A DNA stretch of 64,000 nucleotides from an uncultured Bacteroidales bacterium (GTDB taxonomy: Bacteria > Bacteroidota > Bacteroidia > Bacteroidales > JAADJA01). The stretch covers positions 49,655 to 113,654 of the forward strand of contig CAVPJF010000014.1 in the NCBI GenBank assembly GCA_963705185.1. The letters run 5' to 3'. Both the position numbers and the translations under genes were made by a program. Under the pieces are notes generated by a model, which did no database searches, was not told the origin of the DNA, and saw only the letters and a program-made list of their open reading frames with translations. Positions within the stretch are counted from its first letter, which is position 1; each line of letters opens with the position of its first letter. Positions 57,777 to 64,000 of this stretch are shown here, one piece after another.

Positions 57777-58979
57777 TCAATTTTTATCGGCTAACAATTC
57801 ATGATAAATATTTAGTAATTTCTCCTCCATGAATTGCCATTTAAATTTTTCAGATGCCTTTAATCCATTCCTGCTCATTTCCTCATAAAGATTTTTATTT
57901 TTTAACAGAGAAGTCATTGCGCGGGCTATCTCCTCCTCGCTTTCGGGATTAACAGTCAAACCTGCCTTGTATTCATTAATGTAGCGGCTGATATGGCCGA
58001 AATTACTTCCGATGATCGGCAGCCCGAAATTCATGTATTCAAAAATCTTGATTTGCAGGATGATTTCGTGCGTTCGGATAGGAAGGAAAATTCCCAGTCC
58101 AAGTTTACTTTTGCGGTAGAACCCTGCTACTTCTTTATAGGGAATAGCATCCATTAGGGTAACATTTTCCTCAAGATGGTTCTTCTTAACAATATCAGAC
58201 ATTTCCAGCTTTAATTCCTGAGGAAAGAATGTACCGAGAAACAGCACCTTCAAATCCGGTTGTTCCTTTTTTGCCAAGATGACGGCTCCGAGAATCTTCA
58301 TTGCACCCCTTCGCTTTGTAATTCCTCCGCTATAAATTGCATCGTAATCTTTTTCTTCGATGGATAAAGGGATTTGAGAATTATCCAAATCAGTGTAATT
58401 ATAAATGATCTGGACTTTGTGGTCAGGTATAAACCTTCTGAATCTCGCCTGAACATTTTCCTCGGTGGCAATGATGAGATCATACTTCCGGGCATGGTTG
58501 TTCTCCCATTTCCTGATGTATTCAGCGTAACGGTTTTTTATCAATGTAGCCAATCCTTTTGTTTCATTGTAATCCAGAATGTTTTCCGGGTAAGGTTCGT
58601 GCACATCATAAACCAGCTTTGGTTTCCAGGGAAGCTTCTTTAATTTTAAACCCAGACGGTTTACTTTTAAATCGTGAATATGGTAAACATCTGCTTTAAC
58701 TGACCTTGCAATCCTGAACATATGTTTATAAAGCCCACCGGGAAGCAGCAAATTCAGCATGTAATTGATATACCTGTTTCCGGAAAAGGTTTTTCTTTTA
58801 ATCATTGTATAATGAATACCCTCCCCCGTTATTCCATTCTTTTCCCTGTCTGTTGCCAGGACATAATACACTTCATATCCGCTGCGACTGAGCGAAAGAG
58901 CTTCCTTCCAGTAAATCCGGTCGTCATAAAGTCCATGACTGTCGGCAAGCATACAAATTCGTTGAACTTTATTTTGCAT
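57777..58979 (-). CDS. glycosyltransferase family 4 (GT-B fold)
   Basis: The C-terminal segment EYMNFGLPIIGSNFG resembles the E-x7-E region of Glycos_transf_1 enzymes. Confidence 0.8.
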   Translation of the reverse strand: MQNKVQRICMLADSHGLYDDRIYWKEALSLSRSGYEVYYVLATDREKNGITGEGIHYTMIKRKTFSGNRYINYMLNLLLPGGLYKHMFRIARSVKADVYHIHDLKVNRLGLKLKKLPWKPKLVYDVHEPYPENILDYNETKGLATLIKNRYAEYIRKWENNHARKYDLIIATEENVQARFRRFIPDHKVQIIYNYTDLDNSQIPLSIEEKDYDAIYSGGITKRRGAMKILGAVILAKKEQPDLKVLFLGTFFPQELKLEMSDIVKKNHLEENVTLMDAIPYKEVAGFYRKSKLGLGIFLPIRTHEIILQIKIFEYMNFGLPIIGSNFGHISRYINEYKAGLTVNPESEEEIARAMTSLLKNKNLYEEMSRNGLKASEKFKWQFMEEKLLNIYHELLADKN

Positions 58980-59051
58980 CAGTTTTAAAAACTATAAATT
59001 TTCGCTTTGTGCAACCTTGTGCCTTCTTTGTGTACATTGTGGTTAGACAAA

Positions 59052-59573
59052 TCATCCTGCTTTAAACCTTTTTTCGATGATCTCCATTGCATTCTCCAAT
59101 CGTTTCTTACCAATTCCATTTATAATTTCAAATGGCAGATTCTGTTTTTTCAGCTCGTCCAAATATAGATCAAATAATTCTCTTCGTTTATCAGGATGCT
59201 CCCGGAGTGGATCAGGTTGCCAGGGCAGGTCGATATCTGTCAAAAGATAAAGATCATAATCCTGCTTTTTCAGCTGCTCATCTATCCAGGGATGATATTT
59301 TCCGTATTTTACTTCACACCAGATTTTCAAAACAATCATCTCCGTATCGGCAAAAAGAAAACGGTTCGCCATTTCCAGAATTTCCTCCTCCCCTTTTACC
59401 TGTCCTTTTGCAATAAGCAGGATATCCTCATAATTATACTCCCGGTTTAAGTTGTTAAGGTATTCTCTTGCATATTCCGGAACCCAAACAGTACGGTAAT
59501 GTTCAGCCAGGGCTTTGGCCAAATCCGACTTCCCGGTACTTTCGGGTCCCGTTATGGCAATACGTTTGAACAT
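59052..59573 (-). CDS. NadR-type ribosylnicotinamide kinase-like AAA ATPase
   Basis: It has the P-loop ITGPESTGKS and the segment VPEYAREY. It lies next to pnuC, as in known nadR-pnuC pairs. Confidence 0.75.
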   Translation of the reverse strand: MFKRIAITGPESTGKSDLAKALAEHYRTVWVPEYAREYLNNLNREYNYEDILLIAKGQVKGEEEILEMANRFLFADTEMIVLKIWCEVKYGKYHPWIDEQLKKQDYDLYLLTDIDLPWQPDPLREHPDKRRELFDLYLDELKKQNLPFEIINGIGKKRLENAMEIIEKRFKAG

Positions 59574-59733
59574 GAGATTAGCTTTTGATTAATTGAATTT
59601 TGCAAAGAGCGTGGGTTTGGAACTTGAAATTCGAAACTTGAACAATGTCACATCCCCTTCCCTCCCGCCAAGGCGGGAAAGGCTCTTCAAAGGGGGAATG
59701 AGAGCTGAAACATCCAACTTTGAACTTTGAACT

Positions 59734-60365
59734 TTAAACATTAAACTTTTTTTTAAGTGTTTTCCTCCACGAAATATACCCCATCATCGCCAGCACCAGG
59801 AAAATCATAAACTGGAATCCTGAAAAGGCAAGTCCTTTATAAATAAATAAAGGTATAGAAATCGCATCCCCTATGATCCACAATATCCAGTTCTCGATCT
59901 TCTTGCGCGCCATCATCCACATGCCAACAATAAAAACCGATGTGACAAAAGTATCAATATAAGGAACAAGGGTCGACCAGTATTCGATATCATCTTTCTT
60001 GAAGATTTTCAATAAGATTATGATCACTAACAGCGACCCCACAAACAATCCACCCGAAAAGAGCCAGTCACGCTTGCTGCATGCAGTGATGTGAAGCACC
60101 GGCTGGTTCTTTTTAACAGCCCAGCAGTACCATCCGTAAACACTCATGACAAAATAAAAAAGATTGATCCCGGCATCGGCATATAATTTCACTTCAAAGC
60201 AAATGAAAACATAAAGCACCACGCTGATGATGCCCATGGGATAAACCAGGATTTTTTCCTTGCTTTGCAAACCACACGCTGAGTATCCCGAAAACCACTG
60301 CAATAAATTCAGGCAGGGAAGTATTTAGCAGGTTATCCCAGAAAGGATTGAAAAATATTAAGCAT
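59734..60365 (-). pseudogene. pnuC: nicotinamide riboside transporter PnuC, frameshifted in an A6/T6 run (60252-60257)
   Basis: ORF 59734..60303 carries the PnuC core (YPMGIISVVLYVFICFE...WYCW...). The upstream frame reads ...LPEFIAVVFGILSVWFAKQGK. Removing one base from the homopolymer joins them as ...AKQGKILVYPMGII. The start position is uncertain. Confidence 0.7.
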
Positions 60366-60403
60366 GATCATCGGCTTTTGGCTTTTAGCTGTTGGCCATT
60401 GGC

Positions 60404-60437
60404 AAACCAGAAACAAGTCAACAAGCAACCAGCAACC
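60404..60437. repeat. GGTTGCTGG word repeat (inverted copy) just downstream of the YkoF-like gene
   Basis: The reverse complement ggttgctggttgcttgttgacttgtttctggttt matches 60723 onward (19 of the first 21 nt by eye). Confidence 0.7.
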
Positions 60438-60440
60438 ATG

Positions 60441-60683
60441 TCACTTAAGGTCTGCATTCACAATTTTCAAAATAAACACCGAATGCGGCAGCTCGAACGA
60501 TTTTTCGATTTCGGTGGTCAGGGCTTTCATCACAGCCTTGTATTCACCAAAAACCTGCGTGCTCATGCCGTTGGTAACGGCTTCGATGTCTTTATGTGCT
60601 TTCAGCCTTTTAATAAAATCGAGGATGGGCGTTACAAACTCAGGCCTGAGAGGGTAATAGCTTATTTCGACGGATGTTTTCAT
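60441..60683 (-). CDS. YkoF/MTH1187-like thiamine-binding family protein (small)
   Basis: MKTSVEISYYPL...NGMSTQVFGEY...VFILKI resembles the ~80-aa MTH1187/YkoF repeat as I remember it. The start is taken at the internal Met of ORF 60441..60707. Confidence 0.5.
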   Translation of the reverse strand: MKTSVEISYYPLRPEFVTPILDFIKRLKAHKDIEAVTNGMSTQVFGEYKAVMKALTTEIEKSFELPHSVFILKIVNADLK

Positions 60684-60720
60684 GTTGTGTGTTTTAATAA
60701 AGGGCAAAAATATTAAATAA
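60667..60720. repeat. 54-bp direct repeat, copy A (5' end and upstream region of the YkoF-like gene)
   Basis: It shares tcgacggatgttttcat and ataaagggcaaaaatattaaataa with 63532-63585. Confidence 0.8.
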
Positions 60721-60722
60721 AA

Positions 60723-60775
60723 GGTTGCTGGTTACTTGTTACAAGTTACTTGCTACCGGATACTTGTGGCTGGTT
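60723..60775. repeat. GGTTGCTGG word repeat (direct copy)
   Basis: The sequence is ggttgctggttacttgttacaagttacttgctaccggatacttgtggctggtt. Confidence 0.7.
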
Positions 60776-61264
60776 AAAAATTGTATTAAATATAAATTTA
60801 ATAATTCCTATTGTTTTTTTCATCCTTATTGCCTAAGTTTGATGCCAATTTTATTTTAAACCCAAATATAAAATTGACAAACATGTTATGAGTTCCTTAA
60901 CATTTAAAAATTCAGAATTATGAAAAATCTTATCGCTTCAATCAGCATTGATGCTGATTTTATCTTGTGCATCAGCACAATGGACATGGCAGAATCCGCT
61001 GCCACAAGGCAACACCTTACTTTCAGTTTTTTTTACCGGGGCTAATACTGGCTATGCAGTTGGTCACTTACGGAACAATTATTAAAAACTACTGATGGAG
61101 GAGAAACCTGGATCGACCAATCCCCCTCAACTTCAGAAACCATTATTTCAATCTTTTTTATCCATGACACTGTTGGGTATGCAACTGGTTACAATGGAAG
61201 TATACTTAAAACTATTGATGGTGGATACAATTGGATCAGTCTGTCCTCCGGGACCAATAATAGT

Positions 61265-63499
61265 TTGAATAGTCTGTTTTTTACGGATGCAAAAATTGGA
61301 ATTGTAGTGGGAGAAAATGGTGTTCGCAGAACAACTGATGGAGGAGTTAACTGGTCGGGTGTTTATTCGGGAGCTTCAAATTTAAACTCGGTGTATTTCC
61401 CTTCAGCTGATACAGGTTATTGTGTCGGTGATAATGGAAAAATAATCAATTCAACCGATGGAGGAAATAGTTGGCAAATTCTAACATCAAACACAATTTT
61501 AGATCTGTTTTCAGTACACTTTATTAATAATCAAACAGGTTTAGCTGCTGGTCAGAATGGTATCATTCTTAAAACTACAGATGGTGGAATGAATTGGACA
61601 AGTATGAGTTCTTTAACCAATGTTGATTTGTATTCTATTTGTTTTATAAATGAAACCAAAGGATTTGCAATTGGTGAAAATGGTGTAATTCTAAAAACAA
61701 TTAACAATGGAACGAATTGGGTTGGAGAAGTTTTCGATGAACCAATCGATTTATTTTCTCTGAATTTTCTTAATGAAGATATTGGATATATTGTTGGTAG
61801 TAATGGGTTGATGCTTTATACTATTGATGGAGGACTAACCTGGATTAAAAAATCTGCTGGATCGACTAATTACCTAGATGATATTTTTTTCCCTGAAGCA
61901 TCAATAGGTTACGCAGTCGGCCAAAATGGAACAATTTTAAAATCCAATAATAGCGGTTCTTCATGGTCGGTTAAGCAAAGTGGAACAACTAATGACCTGT
62001 ATTCAGTTTTCTTTGTTAATGCCAATATCGGTTTTGTCGTTGGTTATAATGGTTTAATCTTAAGAACCACTGATGGTGGAATAAATTGGACACAACTTAC
62101 AAGTGGAACAACTTTTAGGCTCTATTCAGTTTTTTTTAATGATCAAAATACAGGATATATTGTGGGTGATGGCGGAACACTTCTAAAAACTTCTGATGGC
62201 GGTGAATCGTGGACTACTCTGGAAAGTGGAACAAATTATCCACTTTATTCAATCTTTTTTGTCAACTATAATACTGGTTTTATGGGTGGCAGCAACAATA
62301 ATTATATGGCAATTTTCAAAACAATTGACGCTGGTATTACTTGGACCATTACCAGTACAATGTATTATAATATGTCTGCGTATTCTGTTTTTTTTACTGA
62401 CACGCTAACCGGCTTTGCAGTTGGTTCACAGGGTACAATTATCAAAACTTCTGATGGTGGAATAAATTGGACCAGTCAATTTTCTGGAACTACTAAGGGG
62501 TTGGGTTCAGTCTGTTTTATAAACGAAAATATAGGCTACTGTGCTGGCCACCAGGGCACAATAATCGAAACTACAGACGGGGGTTTAAACTGGACAAATC
62601 AAACAATAAGAACCAATGTACCGATTAGTAATGTTTTTTTTATTGATTCAAATATAGGATATGCATCAGGATCTGCTGGAACAATTTTAAAAACTACAAA
62701 TGGTGGTCTTACTTCTATGTTTAATTCAAATACAAAATTAGCTTGTGTGAATGAAACTATATTCTATAATGATATTTCCACAGGAGCAATAAATAGTTGG
62801 GAATGGGCTTTTGAAGGGGGCACACCGTCAACTTCCACCGAACAAAATCCTCAGGTATATTATCAAAATGCCGGAATTTATGATGTTTCACTTACAATTA
62901 CTGATGGCTTTGGGTCAGCTACCAAATTGCTTAACAATTATATTTCTATAGTTGGTCCTCCGCAAATCCCTGCAACGCCTGTGGGAGATCAAGATATAAC
63001 CACGAATTTACCAGATACCTCTTATTATACCACCACCGGATCAATCAACGCTGATATGTACGACTGGATAATCCAACCGGCTGAAGCCGGCTATATTTCA
63101 GGCAACGAAATGAATGCAACTGTAATTTGGACTCAAAACTGGGAAGGTACCGCGTACATTCAAGTCAGGGGTTATAATGAACCCTGCAGTTTTGGCGGGT
63201 TTTCCGACAGCCTGATGGTGAATTGTCATATTTCAGGAATAAACGATCCAGCCGATCTGTCCGCCATAACAATATACCCGAACCCAGCAAAAAATCAGAT
63301 TCTTATCGAAAATAAAATGGGATTTCAAAACGAAGTTACCATAAGTCTGTTCAATTTAACAAATGAACAAATCATTCAGCAGAAATTCCATCATCAAAAC
63401 CTGGCCTGTATGGATATAAGTGCAATTCCAAAAGGCATCTACCTTTTAAAAATTCAAACAAAGGAAGAAATGCAGGTCTTTAAATTAGTTGTTCAATAA
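61265..63499 (+). CDS. T9SS-secreted protein with ~12 BNR/Ycf48-like beta-propeller repeats, a PKD domain and a type-A C-terminal sorting domain
   Basis: A ~45-aa unit with the [ST]-[TS]-[DN]-G-G-x-[NS/TW]-W motif is repeated about 12 times. The PKD-like segment is WEWAFEGGTPSTSTEQNPQVYY...VSLTITD. The C-terminus IYPNPAKNQILIE...GIYLLKIQT...FKLVVQ is a Por_Secre_tail. The coding sequence probably starts at ATG ~60920 with a signal peptide, and several indels break the first 350 nt. Confidence 0.75.
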   Translation: MNSLFFTDAKIGIVVGENGVRRTTDGGVNWSGVYSGASNLNSVYFPSADTGYCVGDNGKIINSTDGGNSWQILTSNTILDLFSVHFINNQTGLAAGQNGIILKTTDGGMNWTSMSSLTNVDLYSICFINETKGFAIGENGVILKTINNGTNWVGEVFDEPIDLFSLNFLNEDIGYIVGSNGLMLYTIDGGLTWIKKSAGSTNYLDDIFFPEASIGYAVGQNGTILKSNNSGSSWSVKQSGTTNDLYSVFFVNANIGFVVGYNGLILRTTDGGINWTQLTSGTTFRLYSVFFNDQNTGYIVGDGGTLLKTSDGGESWTTLESGTNYPLYSIFFVNYNTGFMGGSNNNYMAIFKTIDAGITWTITSTMYYNMSAYSVFFTDTLTGFAVGSQGTIIKTSDGGINWTSQFSGTTKGLGSVCFINENIGYCAGHQGTIIETTDGGLNWTNQTIRTNVPISNVFFIDSNIGYASGSAGTILKTTNGGLTSMFNSNTKLACVNETIFYNDISTGAINSWEWAFEGGTPSTSTEQNPQVYYQNAGIYDVSLTITDGFGSATKLLNNYISIVGPPQIPATPVGDQDITTNLPDTSYYTTTGSINADMYDWIIQPAEAGYISGNEMNATVIWTQNWEGTAYIQVRGYNEPCSFGGFSDSLMVNCHISGINDPADLSAITIYPNPAKNQILIENKMGFQNEVTISLFNLTNEQIIQQKFHHQNLACMDISAIPKGIYLLKIQTKEEMQVFKLVVQ

Positions 63500-63531
63500 A
63501 CATCAACACATCTTCTTACTTATGGCTAATA

Positions 63532-63585
63532 TCGACGGATGTTTTCATTGCTAACTGTTTTATAAAGGGCAAAAATATTAAATAA
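63532..63585. repeat. 54-bp direct repeat, copy B (truncated duplicate of the YkoF-like 5' end)
   Basis: The minus strand reads ATG AAA ACA TCC GTC GAT ATT AGC CAT AAG TAA (MKTSVDISHK*), compared with MKTSVEISYYPL in copy A. Confidence 0.8.
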
Positions 63586-63726
63586 TACTGGAGCAGGAGG
63601 ATTTAACTACAAAGGTATCGAAGGAGGCACAATGGACGCAAAGAGTAAAATCCCTGGTGACCTTTGTGTAAAATCTTTGTGCCCCTTGTGGTTAATCTCA
63701 TTATCCCACAAAGGCGATTGTTGGAA

Positions 63727-63769
63727 GTTGCTGGTAGCTGGTCGCTGGTTGCTGGTTGCTGGTTATCGG
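63727..63769. repeat. GGTTGCTGG word repeat (third copy)
   Basis: The sequence is gttgctggtagctggtcgctggttgctggttgctggttatcgg. Confidence 0.7.
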
Positions 63770-63852
63770 TTAAATTTTTGTTAAATTATCCCAGGCATGT
63801 AAATAATTATCTATTATATTTGGCAGAAAATCCATTTTATGGATATATTACA

Positions 63853-64000
63853 ATGAAAAAATTATTACTTTTTGTATTTATTGCATTATCAATTAATGTC
63901 GTTGCACAAAACAAACAAAACGCATCCATCATGTCTCATCCAAAATTTACTTCAAGGGATGATGTTCGATTCAAGATTGAAACAGAAGATTGGAAATCAT
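63853..64000 (+). CDS. 5' end of a secreted protein CDS (partial)
   Basis: The translation is MKKLLLFVFIALSINVVAQNKQNASIMSHPKFTSRDDVRFKIETEDWKS. It has a signal peptide and the frame stays open to the window edge. Confidence 0.4.
   Translation, partial: MKKLLLFVFIALSINVVAQNKQNASIMSHPKFTSRDDVRFKIETEDWKS

Noticed and set aside
60708-60920. TPP, NAD+ or cobalamin riboswitch upstream of the YkoF-like, pnuC or B12-rSAM genes
   Set aside because: I could not find the conserved cores I remember (for example CTGAGA...ACCTGA for TPP, or the GCCACTG B12 box) in the relevant leaders. An Infernal scan is needed to be sure.

Overview
The window looks like a chromosomal segment from an AT-rich, probably anaerobic member of the Bacteroidota. 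Lineage clues are two T9SS sorting-domain proteins, a CarboxypepD_reg-type TonB-dependent receptor, a GH92 mannosidase, a split transketolase and one TTTG-N19-TAnnTTTG promoter-like site.

Gene map:
- 0.1-20.2 kb: an orphan discrete-enzyme FAS/PKS-like lipid cluster. It has an elongating KS, a KAS III/HMGS-like enzyme, a 3-hydroxyacyl-CoA dehydrogenase, two crotonases, a hotdog thioesterase, two stand-alone ACPs and a FabD-like acyltransferase. It also has three cobalamin-type (class B) radical SAM enzymes, a BtrH-like protein, a sulfotransferase and a TonB-dependent receptor. A Fic / alpha-beta hydrolase / membrane-protein block interrupts it at 9.7-13.2 kb.
- 20.3-25.3 kb: secreted proteins, an S9 peptidase and an MBL hydrolase.
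- 25.5-31.6 kb: a second KS/CLF-like pair with two methyltransferases and a NodB-type deacetylase (aryl-polyene/flexirubin-like).
- 32-35.4 kb: a large secreted PKD-CapA-dockerin-like fusion protein.
- 35.5-35.8 kb: tRNA-Pro(UGG), a degenerate tRNA-Pro copy and tRNA-Ser(GCU).
- 36-47 kb: yggS, a T9SS type-B protein, clpB, an OM beta-barrel, split transketolase, GH92 and trmO.
- 47.4-54.5 kb: a hypBA-hypE-hypD-hypC-hypF hydrogenase-maturation operon with two inserted Avd-like four-helix-bundle genes.
- 54.7-64 kb: a Cys-rich protein, alkaline phosphatase, Wzx flippase, a GT4, a nadR-like kinase with pnuC, a YkoF-like gene, and a BNR/Ycf48-like T9SS protein.

Two window-wide observations:
- About 20 genes are broken by 1-nt indels. 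Several of these lie in homopolymers or occur as compensating pairs, so I read most 'pseudogenes' as consensus errors rather than biology.
- Many intergenic spacers consist of short word-like repeats. Several occur as inverted copies bracketing small genes (a 4HB gene, hypD, the YkoF-like gene) or as direct copies bracketing a whole gene.

All functional calls come from motif recognition by eye. No database search was possible.
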